The notes: generated by a model from the sequence alone, not told the origin. DNA of 64,000 nt from Acidimicrobiia bacterium (GCA_963665765.1 OY762464.1:27453-91452); one strand, 5' to 3'; positions 1 through 9,950 are shown, numbered from the stretch's first letter. Made by a program: numbers and translations.

Positions 1-541
1 GGTGGGGGAGCACCCGGTGGCGGCCGAATCCCTGGGGGTGAAGGTGTATCAGATGAAATACCTGGGTGTGGTCCTCTCCGGTGGGATGGCCGGTTTGGGA
101 GGGGCGATGCTGGTTACCGAGTTCGCCCGCATCTACCGGGAGGGACAGACCGGCGGGAGAGGATTCATCGGCCTGGCCTCGATGATCATGGGCAACTGGC
201 GGCCGGGAGGGGCGGCGGCCGCCGGCGGTTTGTTCGGGTTCACCTTTGCTCTTGAGTTGCGTGACGAACCGGCTGTGCACGCCCTTCTGCTGCTGATCGC
301 CCTGGTGGGAGGCGCCCTGGGAATATGGATGGGTTATCGCCGACGTTGGGCGCCGGCGATATGGCTGGTGGGCACGGCCGCCACCGCCCTGGCGGTGTTC
401 CTGTCCACCGACTCCATTCCCCGCGAGTTCGTGTTCATCGCCCCCTATGTCACCACCCTGGTGGTGATGGCCCTAGCCTCCCAGCACCTGCGAATGCCGG
501 CCGCCGACGGACGTCCCTACCGGCGCGGACAGCAGTTGTGA
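1..541 (+). CDS. ABC transporter permease, nucleoside/sugar type (5' truncated)
   Basis: GEHPVAAESLGV and GRGFIGLA...GNWRP motifs; hydrophobic; ends PYVTTL...P. Confidence 0.85.
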   Translation, partial: VGEHPVAAESLGVKVYQMKYLGVVLSGGMAGLGGAMLVTEFARIYREGQTGGRGFIGLASMIMGNWRPGGAAAAGGLFGFTFALELRDEPAVHALLLLIALVGGALGIWMGYRRRWAPAIWLVGTAATALAVFLSTDSIPREFVFIAPYVTTLVVMALASQHLRMPAADGRPYRRGQQL

Positions 542-1773
542 GGGTCGATTTCGACCCCTACCAACCCGATTTCGTCTCCGATCCCTATCCGGTCTACACC
601 GAACTGCGCCGACACCGCCCCATTTTTTTCGATGAGCGGTGGAACCTCACTTTTTTTGCCCGCCACGCCGATGTGGAGCCCATCCTTCGGGATCGGCGTT
701 TCGGAAGAGATATTCGTCACGTTCCCGAAGCAGCCCGGCAGGTGGATCCGCAAGTGTACGAACGCATTTACCCGCCGCAGTATCCGGTCTGGACCGCGCT
801 GATACGAGATTCCTTCCTCGACCTGGAACCGCCCCGTCACACCCGCATCCGGCGTCTGGTCCAGTGGGCCTTCACCCGCCGAGCCTCCCAGAGCTATCGT
901 CCCCGAATGGAAGCCGAGGCGCATCGCCGACTCGATCAGGCGATGCAGACCGGCGCCATGGAGGCGATTGCCGACTACGCCACCCCCATCCCTCTGGTGA
1001 TGATCGCCGAGTTGATGGGGGTGCCCGTGGCAGATCAGCCGCAGCTGGTGGAGTGGTCGCATCGCCTGGTTCGGGTCTTTGATGAGGGCTGCACCCCCGA
1101 GGAGGGGGAATCCGCCGAGCAGGCCGGCATCGATTTCCGCGCCTATATGCGAGACCTCATCCACTTTCACCGCAAAGCGGACGGTGACAACCTCCTGTCG
1201 CACCTCATCAGCGCCGGCCATGAGGGGGACGTCCTCAACGAAGAGGAACTGATCTCCACCGCCATTTTGGTGCTGAACGCCGGGCATGAGGCCACCGTGC
1301 AGGCCATCGGCAACGGACTGATCGCCCTTCATGCCCATCCGGATCAGTGGCGACGCTGGCAGGCCGATCCCGGACTCACTTCCACTGCCGTGGAGGAACT
1401 GCTTCGCTACGACACGCCGCTACAGATGTTCGAGCGGTGGGTCACCAAGGATCTGGAATGGAAAGGGAAAGAGCTCTCGGCGGGATCGAAGGTGGGCTTG
1501 CTGTTCGGGTCGGCCAATCATGATGAACGGGTGTTCTCGCACCCTGATCGGCTCGATCTGGGGCGCACTCCCAACCCGCACGTCTCGTTTGGCGGGGGAG
1601 TCCATTTCTGCGTGGGAGCGGCCCTCGCCCGCGAGGAGTTGAAAGTAGCCTTCGAGGTCCTGCTGAAGCGGGTCCGGTGGTTCGAACCCGGCCTCACTCC
1701 CCAAGAGCGCCTTCCCAGCCTGGTCTTTCGGGGCGTCCCTCGCCTCCCGATCAAGTTGGAGTTTCTCTCCTAG
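538..1773 (+). CDS. Cytochrome P450
   Basis: AGHEAT I-helix, EELLR (ExxR), FGGGVHFCVG heme Cys; GTG 538 overlaps the upstream TGA. Confidence 0.93.
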   Translation: MRVDFDPYQPDFVSDPYPVYTELRRHRPIFFDERWNLTFFARHADVEPILRDRRFGRDIRHVPEAARQVDPQVYERIYPPQYPVWTALIRDSFLDLEPPRHTRIRRLVQWAFTRRASQSYRPRMEAEAHRRLDQAMQTGAMEAIADYATPIPLVMIAELMGVPVADQPQLVEWSHRLVRVFDEGCTPEEGESAEQAGIDFRAYMRDLIHFHRKADGDNLLSHLISAGHEGDVLNEEELISTAILVLNAGHEATVQAIGNGLIALHAHPDQWRRWQADPGLTSTAVEELLRYDTPLQMFERWVTKDLEWKGKELSAGSKVGLLFGSANHDERVFSHPDRLDLGRTPNPHVSFGGGVHFCVGAALAREELKVAFEVLLKRVRWFEPGLTPQERLPSLVFRGVPRLPIKLEFLS

Positions 1774-2693
1774 GAGACGGCTGCGGTCGTGGTGGTGGTT
1801 TCCACAGTAAGGGGAGCGGCCGGATAGCCGATCACATTGACGCCCTGCACCGCCAACTCCTTGTAGACGGTCCCGTTGCGAACCTCGGCGTCATACACAG
1901 TGGTGATGTTCAAGGTCAGCTGGTTGGTTCGCAGGATCGCCAGGTCCACGATCTGGGAACCGGGACGATCCACCAGGTTGAGGGGGACGGCTACGCCACT
2001 GTCGCTCTCCGCTTCCAGGGTACGGACGCGGAAATTCTGATAGAAGCGGGTGTCGTCGGCGAGGTTCACCCACTCCAGCCTCCGGACCGTGATCGGCTGT
2101 TCGAACACCAGCTTGATGGTGACCTGGGTGCCGGGCGTTACGTCCGTCCATCGGATCTGCCATTCGCCGCTTTTGCCGTTGACCATGTTGTCGCACGAAA
2201 AGTTGGCGCCCAGACCCACCGGCGAACACTGAACGCTCAGCACTCCCTGGTTGGTGGGGATCGGAGGGGGCGTGGTAGTGGAGGTGGTCTCCGTCGAGAC
2301 AGTGGTATCGGACGCTTCCACCTCATTCTCGGAATCCCCCGTAAACAAATTGAACAACAGAGCGAAGACCGCCACCGCCAGGATGATGGCGCCGGTGGCG
2401 ATAACCGCCCTGACCCGGGCATTGGTCCGGATCGTCGGGCGGGGCGCCATGGGCATCTCCGAGTGGGTGAGCCGGATATGGCACTGTTCGCAGTTCTGCC
2501 GAGTGGGCGGGTTCAGATGACCGCACAGGGAGCAGGCGACCGTGTGGGCGGATGGTTGGGAAGGAATGGGGTCGGGGGAGGGGGGCCCATCCTCCCTGGG
2601 AACTCTTTCGAGGAGGGCGCCACATGAAGAGCAGAAGTCGGCATTGCCCACATCCGCGCCGCACCGACCGCAAATCTGTCTCATATGGTCCAT
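1770..2693 (-). CDS. Double zinc-ribbon membrane protein with Thr-rich linker and probable extracellular discoidin-like domain
   Basis: CGRC..CSSC and CSLC..CEQC, one TM helix, TTTT linker, beta-rich C-terminus. Confidence 0.7.
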   Translation of the reverse strand: MDHMRQICGRCGADVGNADFCSSCGALLERVPREDGPPSPDPIPSQPSAHTVACSLCGHLNPPTRQNCEQCHIRLTHSEMPMAPRPTIRTNARVRAVIATGAIILAVAVFALLFNLFTGDSENEVEASDTTVSTETTSTTTPPPIPTNQGVLSVQCSPVGLGANFSCDNMVNGKSGEWQIRWTDVTPGTQVTIKLVFEQPITVRRLEWVNLADDTRFYQNFRVRTLEAESDSGVAVPLNLVDRPGSQIVDLAILRTNQLTLNITTVYDAEVRNGTVYKELAVQGVNVIGYPAAPLTVETTTTTAAVS

Positions 2694-2825
2694 TTTGGCA
2701 CAATCCGAAACGTTCGACGTTTATTTCCCAGACAGATGTTACTCAAATGTTTTCCGGAGATCGAGCAAGTACCGATATCGGAAGTATATTTGCTCCGGTT
2801 CCTGCTCTTGCTAGCCTGAGACACC

Positions 2826-3887
2826 GTGTCCGAAGAGCGCACTTCACAAAAGGTCGTTGAAAGATTGTTCTCGCACCGTCCCATCCGGGACGGGCTGGAG
2901 AGGATTCTCCAGGCCAGAGAAGGGGCGCTCATCGTGCTGGGAACCACTCCCAGTCTGGCGGAGATAAATGTCGACGGGCTGAATCTGTCCTCGGTCTCTT
3001 TGGACGCCGCCCGTTTGTCGGAAGTGGCGAAGATGGACGGGGCGATCATTTTGGACAACGCCTGGCAACAGATCCTGACCGCCAACGCCCATTTGGCCCC
3101 TCCTCCCAATATTCCCACCACCGAGTCGGGCGCCCGGCATCGCACCGCCCAACGGGTGGCGCAGATCACCGGGCTTCCGGTGGTCACGGTGAGCATGGAT
3201 CGGGCGGTGGTAACCCTTTACATCAACGCCGACCAAGTGGATCTCACCCCCCGCTGGACGATCGGAAAACGGATACTGCAGCATCTGCAGATGCTGTTCG
3301 AATTGCGAAAATGCTTCGACCAAGCCGACGAAAGACTGCTGAGGATGGAACTTTTGCGTCTGGTGACGCCCCGCGAGGTGGCGAGCATGCTGCGGATGGG
3401 AGAGATGGTGGAGAGGGTCGCCGCCGCGATCAAAACCATGCTGGCCGAGGCCGATCAGAACTCCTCCACCACCGAGACCCTGCTAGCCGATCGGGTGTTC
3501 GAGGTCGAGCGGCTGATGCAGATGACCCTGAAGGACTATTTGGGCGCCGACGCGGATTCCGCCCGTCAGAAGCTTGCCGAAATGCCCAGCCGCCAGCTCA
3601 GGCAGAACTGGCTGGTGAGGTCGGAGTTGGGATTGGATCAGTTGGAGGATGGAGTGTTCCCCCGAGGGCACCGGTTGCTCTACCAGGCGGGCTTCCCATC
3701 CAAGCATTTGAGGGGACTGCTCTTGGACGCATTTGTAGACGCTCATGCCATGCTTCACTGCTCGGTCGAAGACTTTATGAAGGTGAAGGGGATCGGACGG
3801 AAGAACGCCAATCGGTTGCGGTTCGTATTCGACCGGTTGCTGTCGGCGGCTGATCCCATCGGGATAACGTACCGTGATCGACGGTAA
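2826..3887 (+). CDS. disA: DNA integrity scanning diadenylate cyclase DisA
   Basis: DAC motifs MDGAII and GARHRTA; C-terminal HhH VKGIGRKNA; next to carD. Confidence 0.88.
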   Translation: MSEERTSQKVVERLFSHRPIRDGLERILQAREGALIVLGTTPSLAEINVDGLNLSSVSLDAARLSEVAKMDGAIILDNAWQQILTANAHLAPPPNIPTTESGARHRTAQRVAQITGLPVVTVSMDRAVVTLYINADQVDLTPRWTIGKRILQHLQMLFELRKCFDQADERLLRMELLRLVTPREVASMLRMGEMVERVAAAIKTMLAEADQNSSTTETLLADRVFEVERLMQMTLKDYLGADADSARQKLAEMPSRQLRQNWLVRSELGLDQLEDGVFPRGHRLLYQAGFPSKHLRGLLLDAFVDAHAMLHCSVEDFMKVKGIGRKNANRLRFVFDRLLSAADPIGITYRDRR

Positions 3888-3895
3888 CCAGGTCG

Positions 3896-3901
3896 TATAA
3901 T
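3896..3901 (+). promoter_or_regulatory. -10 box for carD operon
   Basis: TATAAT 10 nt before ATG 3912. Confidence 0.55.
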
Positions 3902-3911
3902 CAGTTCCCTA

Positions 3912-4559
3912 ATGGTGCAAAAACCCTCAAGAACCAGAAAACCCGGCAGAGCGAAGTCCCCCAAGAGATCGGGTCGCAAGCGGATGACCAAATCCGGCCT
4001 TCCCCGGTATGCCCGGGGCGCCGCGGGGGCGGCGGCGGCCTCCAGAAAGGAGCCCAAATACAAAAAAGGTGACTACGTGGTGCATATCCAGCACGGCGTG
4101 GCGCACATCTCCGACATCGAGACCAAGAGCGACTTCGGCGAGGCCGAGGAGTATTTCGTCCTCAACTTCCCCACCGAAGAGATGGTGATCAGCATTCCGA
4201 CCAACAAAACCATCTACACGGTTCGCCCGTTGATCAACAAAACCGAGGCCGCCAAGGTGGTGCAGAAACTCAAGGGAGAGCCTCAGGAATCCGGGGCCAA
4301 CTGGAGTCGGTGGTACAAGGTGCTTCAGGAGAAAATGTATTCGGGGGACATCTTCCAAGTGGCTGAGGTGGTGAGAGACCTCAACTACTCGAATCAGACC
4401 AAGGGAATCTCGCCCGCCTTGAAGAAGATGCTCAACCGCGCCCGCAACGCCCTGATCACCGAGATCCGCTTCTCGATGGATCTGGCCCCCGAAGACGCCG
4501 AGACCAAGATCGATCGGGCGCTGCCCGCCTTCGAGCCTATCGCGCGCAAGAAGAAGTGA
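3912..4559 (+). CDS. carD: CarD family RNA polymerase-binding regulator with basic N-terminal extension
   Basis: KGDYVVHIQHGVAHI, NWSRWYK, SGDIFQVAEVVRDL. Confidence 0.9.
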   Translation: MVQKPSRTRKPGRAKSPKRSGRKRMTKSGLPRYARGAAGAAAASRKEPKYKKGDYVVHIQHGVAHISDIETKSDFGEAEEYFVLNFPTEEMVISIPTNKTIYTVRPLINKTEAAKVVQKLKGEPQESGANWSRWYKVLQEKMYSGDIFQVAEVVRDLNYSNQTKGISPALKKMLNRARNALITEIRFSMDLAPEDAETKIDRALPAFEPIARKKK

Positions 4560-5047
4560 ACGAAGCTCCCCCGGGCTGCCGGGTGGGGTGGGGCATGGAT
4601 GCCCACCGCTTCGCTATCCAACCTCCGGTGCTGCTGGCCGGTGTGGAGGTAAACCGGTGCCGGGGGGTGGAGGCTACCTCCGACGGAGATGTGGTGGCTC
4701 ACGCCGTGATCGATGCTTTGCTGGGGGCCGCCGCCCTGGGAGATATCGGAACTCATTTCCCATCATCGGATCCCCGCTGGGAGGACGCCGACAGCATGGA
4801 TCTGCTGGCGACGGCGGTGGAGAAAGTGGAGGCTGCCGACTGGCGACCGGCCTTCTGCGACGTCACCGTGATCGCCCAAACGGTGCGGATCTCGCCCCAT
4901 CGACAGGCGATGCGAGAAGCCTTGGGGGAGGTGCTGGGGTTGCCGGTGGACCAGGTGTCCGTGAAGGCCACCACCACCGACGGCTTGGGATGGCTGGGAC
5001 GGGATGAGGGGATCGCGGCGATGGCGACAGTTAGCCTCACCCGGTAG
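4556..5047 (+). CDS. ispF: 2-C-methyl-D-erythritol 2,4-cyclodiphosphate synthase
   Basis: GMDAHRF, SDGDVVAHA, GDIGTHFP, VSVKATT. Confidence 0.95.
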   Translation: MNEAPPGCRVGWGMDAHRFAIQPPVLLAGVEVNRCRGVEATSDGDVVAHAVIDALLGAAALGDIGTHFPSSDPRWEDADSMDLLATAVEKVEAADWRPAFCDVTVIAQTVRISPHRQAMREALGEVLGLPVDQVSVKATTTDGLGWLGRDEGIAAMATVSLTR

Positions 5048-5106
5048 TCACGAGCTGTGAACCGGGCCGGGCGACGGTTCGGATCCGATCTAACATCGGC
5101 GATGCC

Positions 5107-6531
5107 TTGCGGATTTTCAACACCCTGAATCGACGATCGACCGGCCTCCGGCCGGTTGCCCCTCCTTCCGTCGGCATGTACGTCTGCGGACCCACCGTCC
5201 AATCCCCTCCTCATGTGGGCCACGGCCGATCGGCAGTGGTGTTCGATGTGGTGCGCCGCTATCTGTCCTGGAAGGGGCACCAGGTCCGCTTCGTGCGCAA
5301 CATCACCGATGTGGACGACAAGATCATCGCCATGGCTCAAGAGGCGGGAGTCTCTCCCACCGATCACGCGGTGCGGATCACCGAGCAGTTCCACCGCGGC
5401 TTCCGGGATCTGGGAGTGGCGGTACCCGATGTCGAACCGAAAGCCACCGAGCACATCCCGGACATGCTTGCCCTGATCGAGCGTCTCATTCAGGGGGGTC
5501 TGGCTTATTCCCGGGGAGGCGACGTCTATTTCAAGGTGCGTTCACTGTCCGATTACGGCAAGCTGTCGGGCCACAACCCTGATGATCTGGTGGCCGGGGC
5601 TCGGGTGGAAATCTCGGGACAAAAAGACGACCCTTTGGATTTTGCCCTGTGGAAACAAGCCAAACCGGGGGAGCCGCGCTGGGATTCACCCTGGGGAGAG
5701 GGACGGCCGGGATGGCACATCGAGTGCTCCGCCATGGCGGCCCGCTATCTGGGCGAGACCTTTGACATCCACGGTGGAGGAAGCGACCTGATCTTTCCGC
5801 ATCACGAGAACGAGATAGCCCAGTCGGAGGGCGCCGCCGGCCGGCCCCTCGCCTCGATTTGGATGCACAACGGGATGCTCAACCTCGGGGGGGAGAAAAT
5901 GTCCAAGTCCACCGGTCATCTGGTCGATTTGAACGAGGCCATCCGGCGGTTCGGGGGTTTGACGGTCCGTCTCTTCTATCTGCAGGCTCACTACCGGTCT
6001 CCGCAGGAGTTCTCGGTCGAACTGCTGGAGGATGCCCGGCAGGCGCTGCTTCGCCTTCGCCGGGTCCTCGAAAAAACGCCCCGCTCCGATGTTCTTCCCG
6101 ATCGGTCATTCGTGGCAGGTTTCGAGGAGGCCATGGACGACGATTTCGCCACTCCCCGGGCGCTTGGGCTACTGTTCCGGGCGGTGCGGGGCGCCAACCA
6201 GGAAATGGGGCGATCCGGATCGGGAGGGCCGAAAGCGGCGGCGGTTCGGGAGTTGGCCGGGGTGCTGGGTCTCCACGGTCCGTCCCTCGACTCGCCGGAC
6301 TCGAGGGACGGACTGGATGAATTGCGGTCCCCGCTGGCTGACCTGGCCGCCCGAGAAGGGATCGAACCCACCGGAGACCCCACCGCGATGGTGGAGTGGT
6401 TGGTTCGGCAACGCTCGGCGGCCCGCTCCCGGGGGGACTACGCCGCCGCCGATCGGATCCGGGACAACCTTGCCGATCTGGGAATCGTGCTGGAGGACAC
6501 CCGGAATGGCACCACCTGGGTACGGCGCTAG
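5107..6531 (+). CDS. cysS: Cysteinyl-tRNA synthetase
   Basis: CGPTV, HVGH, PGWHIECSAM, KMSKS. Confidence 0.97.
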   Translation: MRIFNTLNRRSTGLRPVAPPSVGMYVCGPTVQSPPHVGHGRSAVVFDVVRRYLSWKGHQVRFVRNITDVDDKIIAMAQEAGVSPTDHAVRITEQFHRGFRDLGVAVPDVEPKATEHIPDMLALIERLIQGGLAYSRGGDVYFKVRSLSDYGKLSGHNPDDLVAGARVEISGQKDDPLDFALWKQAKPGEPRWDSPWGEGRPGWHIECSAMAARYLGETFDIHGGGSDLIFPHHENEIAQSEGAAGRPLASIWMHNGMLNLGGEKMSKSTGHLVDLNEAIRRFGGLTVRLFYLQAHYRSPQEFSVELLEDARQALLRLRRVLEKTPRSDVLPDRSFVAGFEEAMDDDFATPRALGLLFRAVRGANQEMGRSGSGGPKAAAVRELAGVLGLHGPSLDSPDSRDGLDELRSPLADLAAREGIEPTGDPTAMVEWLVRQRSAARSRGDYAAADRIRDNLADLGIVLEDTRNGTTWVRR

Positions 6532-7252
6532 GGTCGAGGGAATCCCGGCCGTCGAGGCGGCGCTCCAAGCGGGCCGGGTGCGGTTCTTGCAGGTGGTGGG
6601 CCGCTCGGCGTCCTCTCCCCGAATGGCTGGGTTACTCCGCTCCGCGCGGGAGAGAAAGGTGGAGATCAGGGAGATTGGCAGCCTGAAAGGGGTGGCGGTG
6701 ACCTCCTCCCCACAAGGCGTGGTCGCCCACTGCCGGCCCCTCCGCCCGGTGGGGCTGCGGGACTTGATAGTTGAGTGTGAACCGGCCGCTCTGGTGGTGA
6801 TCGATCATCTGACCGATCCCCGCAATGTGGGAGCGATTGTCCGGAGCGCCGTGGCGGCCGGGACCCCGCGCCTGGTGCTTCCCCGACGGCGGGGGTCGCC
6901 GCTCACGCCTTCGGCCTTCAAAGCCGCGGCCGGCGCGCTGGAAATAGCCCGGGTTTGCCTGGTCTCCTCCATCCCGGACACCATCCGGCAGCTATCTCGC
7001 CTGGGGATCTGGACGGTGGGGCTCACCGGCGATGCCCCCACCTCGTTGTTCGGACTTGGGTTGCTGACCGCCCCCACCGCTTTGGTGGTGGGCGCTGAGC
7101 ATCGCGGCCTGTCTCGGCTGGTGTCCGAGCGGGTCGATCAGCTGGCCTCGATACCCATGAAGTGCGGAGCCGAGAGTCTCAACGCCTCGGTGGCGGCGGG
7201 GTTGGCACTGTTCGAACTGGCCCGGATGAGAGGGTATTTCCCCAAACCCTAA
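6506..7252 (+). CDS. rlmB: 23S rRNA Gm2251 methyltransferase (TrmH/SPOUT)
   Basis: DPRNVGAIVRS, GAEHRGL, ESLNASVA; GGAGG before ATG 6506; follows cysS. Confidence 0.88.
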   Translation: MAPPGYGARVEGIPAVEAALQAGRVRFLQVVGRSASSPRMAGLLRSARERKVEIREIGSLKGVAVTSSPQGVVAHCRPLRPVGLRDLIVECEPAALVVIDHLTDPRNVGAIVRSAVAAGTPRLVLPRRRGSPLTPSAFKAAAGALEIARVCLVSSIPDTIRQLSRLGIWTVGLTGDAPTSLFGLGLLTAPTALVVGAEHRGLSRLVSERVDQLASIPMKCGAESLNASVAAGLALFELARMRGYFPKP

Positions 7253-7299
7253 GAGAGTTGATCACCTGAGAATGGTACGATTCTTCCCGTCACATCCAT

Positions 7300-7373
7300 G
7301 CTGGCGTAGCTCAGACGGCCAGAGCAGCTGATTTGTAATCAGCAGGTCGTGGGTTCGAGTCCCACCGCCAGCT
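7300..7373 (+). tRNA. tRNA-Thr(TGT)
   Basis: GCTGGCG/CGCCAGC acceptor stem, GCTGA-TTTGTAA-TCAGC anticodon arm, GGTTCGAGTCC T-arm. Confidence 0.96.
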
Positions 7374-7512
7374 CCCCGACGGCAGAAAAGACCAATCGGG
7401 CCGGGATGGTTCCGATAAGCTAACCGAGGATGCCCGAGAAGTTGCCACCTGTTTCCTGGTCGCCCGGCATGCCGTCGTGTTCTCCGGGTGATTTGGTAAG
7501 GCCGGGTGTCGC

Positions 7513-8121
7513 ATGAAGGGCCGTCACGCCGCTTCGGGATGGTCGCCCTTCTGGCGCGACATTCTGCTGCGGTCATTTTTGGTTGTGCTGCTGGTTGCCA
7601 TGGCCGTGTTCATCTGGTGGCTGTTCTCCGAGGACGATCTTTTCACCGAGGCTGTTTCGACCACTTCGGAGACCGGGGAGGTGGTCACCACCCAAGCTCC
7701 TTCCACCACTTCCGGAACCCGGCCGCCCATCACCACCGCCACGACCACCACGGCCGCTTCCGAGACGACCGTTGCCGAGGTTGTGACCTCCACCACTTCG
7801 CCCTCCACCTCCACCACCAGCACCGCGCCGCCGCCGCTGGGTCCCGACGAATTGGTGGTTAAAGTGTTCAACGCCAACGGGGTGGTCGGGGTGGCGGGAA
7901 GAACCACCGCTCGCTTGGAAGAGGCCGGATACGGGGTGGCGGGTCCTGACAACCATACGCAGTTTTTGGATATCTCCCGGGTTTGGTACCGACAGGGCCT
8001 CATGAGAGAAGCCGAGCATCTTCGGGAGACGCTGATTCCCGACGCCTTGGTGGAACTTATCTCGAGCGAGCAGGAAGGGATAGACATAGTGGTTATGCTG
8101 GGACGCTCCTTCGCGGAGTGA
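7513..8121 (+). CDS. LytR C-terminal domain membrane protein
   Basis: TM helix, Ser/Thr linker, VKVFNANGVVGVAG...DIVVMLG. Confidence 0.85.
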   Translation: MKGRHAASGWSPFWRDILLRSFLVVLLVAMAVFIWWLFSEDDLFTEAVSTTSETGEVVTTQAPSTTSGTRPPITTATTTTAASETTVAEVVTSTTSPSTSTTSTAPPPLGPDELVVKVFNANGVVGVAGRTTARLEEAGYGVAGPDNHTQFLDISRVWYRQGLMREAEHLRETLIPDALVELISSEQEGIDIVVMLGRSFAE

Positions 8122-9026
8122 TCCCCACCCAAGACCGCCCGGAATCAAGAGGGGGTGCTTGGAGGCTGAGCGGTGCCCTACTGACCCTGTTGCTGTTGGG
8201 AGTGGCCGTGCGCATCATCTCCCCGGCCATCTTCTTGGATATCGCATCCCTTTGGCCGGTCGGAGCAGGGCTGTTGGCAGTGGGGTGGATGGTGAAGAGG
8301 ATCTGGGTCAACCGACTCATCGCCGAGGTTCCCATCTTGGGGTTGCTGGTGTTTTCTTGGTTGCTGGTGTCATCCGCCTTTCATTTCGCCGACCTTCCGG
8401 GCCTTCCCTCCAGCAGCGCGGACCTGCGGGGTCCACCGGCCGATCAGACCCGATTCGACACCTTTTCGGCGGAGATCGAAGCGGGACGCCTGTCTCTGGC
8501 GGCCGGGCAGGGACTGTCTGTCTATCGGGTTGACCTGGTCCGGGGCGGAGGCGAGGCCGGAGTGCCCGTGGCGATAGAAAGCCAAGGAGAGGACGGGGGG
8601 CAGATCCGGGTGATCGACGCCCGCCAACCTCTTCCCGGCGACCTCGAGGTAACCGTGAAGGACAATGCCTGGTTGCGTTTTGCCGGATGGGAAGTGAGCC
8701 TGCATCCCGAGACGACCTGGAACCTGACTCTTGCGGCGCCCGAGCTAACCGCTGACCTGCGTAACCTCCCCTTCGCCGCCTTGGTGGTCAAAGGCCGGGG
8801 AACCGTTCAACTGGGGGAATCGACCGGGCCGATCCCGATAGCCATCGAGGGCGCTTTCACCGTGGAAGTCCCACCGGAAACACCGGTAAGGGTCGTCGGC
8901 ACCGCACTGGTGCCCGAAGACTGGACAGTAGCGGAAGACACCGCCTGGTTTGGGCAACCGGAAACCGGCTGGCAGATCAAAGTAGCGGAAGGGGGAACCG
9001 TGCAAGTGGTGACCGAAGCAGGATAA
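8118..9026 (+). CDS. Hypothetical membrane protein (3 TM plus beta-rich domain)
   Basis: Long ORF; GTGA overlap with upstream stop; N-terminal TM segments. Confidence 0.65.
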   Translation: MIPTQDRPESRGGAWRLSGALLTLLLLGVAVRIISPAIFLDIASLWPVGAGLLAVGWMVKRIWVNRLIAEVPILGLLVFSWLLVSSAFHFADLPGLPSSSADLRGPPADQTRFDTFSAEIEAGRLSLAAGQGLSVYRVDLVRGGGEAGVPVAIESQGEDGGQIRVIDARQPLPGDLEVTVKDNAWLRFAGWEVSLHPETTWNLTLAAPELTADLRNLPFAALVVKGRGTVQLGESTGPIPIAIEGAFTVEVPPETPVRVVGTALVPEDWTVAEDTAWFGQPETGWQIKVAEGGTVQVVTEAG

Positions 9027-9170
9027 ATCGGTCTCGATCCGACCATTTCGTGGGAGTGGGTTGTGGATCGGTTGCTTGGTGGGCTGTCCTTCTTCCTCCT
9101 GAGACCGAGGCTTCCTGTCCCAATAAACGGGACACTTCTCACCCCGCGTGGAACCGGCCTGTTCCGTGGG

Positions 9171-9950
9171 CTACCTTGGCGTGGGAGTCACGTAGGCGGC
9201 GGTCAGGCCTCCATCCACCATGATCTCCGCGCCGGTCACGTACGAGGTATCGTCGGACGCCAGCCACAGAGCCGCTCTGGCTATCTCCATCGCCTCGCCG
9301 AATCTGCCCATCGGAATGTGCACCAGCCGGCGCTGTCGCTTCTCATCGGTGTCCAGGTACTGCATGAGCAACTCGGTGTGCAGGGGGCCCGGACACAGGG
9401 CGTTGATCCGGATGTTCTCCCGGGCATGGACCACCGCCAGTTCGCGAGTCATCGATAGCACCGCGCCCTTCGAGGAGGTGTAGGCCAACTGGGGAGTAGC
9501 GGCGCCCACCTTGGCGACGAACGAGGCAGTGTTGATCACCGACCCGCCCCCCGAACGTCGCAAGGCCGGTATGCCGTGCTTGCAGCCCAAGAACACGCCT
9601 TTGACGTTCACCGAGAAGGTCCAGTCCCAGATTTCCTCGGTGGTCAAGACCGCGTCGGAGTCGCCGGGGTGGCTCACGCCGGCGTTGTTGAACAGGACAT
9701 GGAGTCCCCCGAACTCCCGCTCGGCCGTCTCGATCATCGCCTGGCAGTCCTGATCACGGGAGACATCGGCTCGCACCGCCACCGCCTGGCCACCCTCGTC
9801 CTCTATCCCGGCCACTGTCTCCGCCACCGAAGGGGCGTCGATGTCCACCGCCACCACCGCCGCCCCTTCCGAAGCGAACAGTGCCGCCGAACACCGGCCG
9901 ATCCCTGATCCCGCCCCCGTGACAACTGCCACTTTTCCTTCGAGTCTCAT
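9171..9950 (-). CDS. SDR oxidoreductase
   Basis: TGAGSGIG, NNAG, YTSSK. Confidence 0.93.
   Translation of the reverse strand: MRLEGKVAVVTGAGSGIGRCSAALFASEGAAVVAVDIDAPSVAETVAGIEDEGGQAVAVRADVSRDQDCQAMIETAEREFGGLHVLFNNAGVSHPGDSDAVLTTEEIWDWTFSVNVKGVFLGCKHGIPALRRSGGGSVINTASFVAKVGAATPQLAYTSSKGAVLSMTRELAVVHARENIRINALCPGPLHTELLMQYLDTDEKRQRRLVHIPMGRFGEAMEIARAALWLASDDTSYVTGAEIMVDGGLTAAYVTPTPR

Noticed and set aside
2700-2800. CGAAACGTTCG and a GAGCAA..TTGCTC stem upstream of disA as an SOS box or c-di-AMP riboswitch
   Set aside because: Does not fit GAAC-N4-GTTC spacing or the ydaO consensus
7377-7477. CGACGGCA/TGCCGTCG inverted repeat after tRNA-Thr
   Set aside because: Only 8 bp in GC-rich DNA; no att duplication or integrase
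7660-7830. ACC-rich quasi-repeat
   Set aside because: Explained by the Thr/Ser linker of the LytR_C protein
9027-9170. Short hairpins TGTCCC/GGGACA and GGAAC/GTTCC
   Set aside because: Between convergent genes; most simply terminator-like, too weak to call
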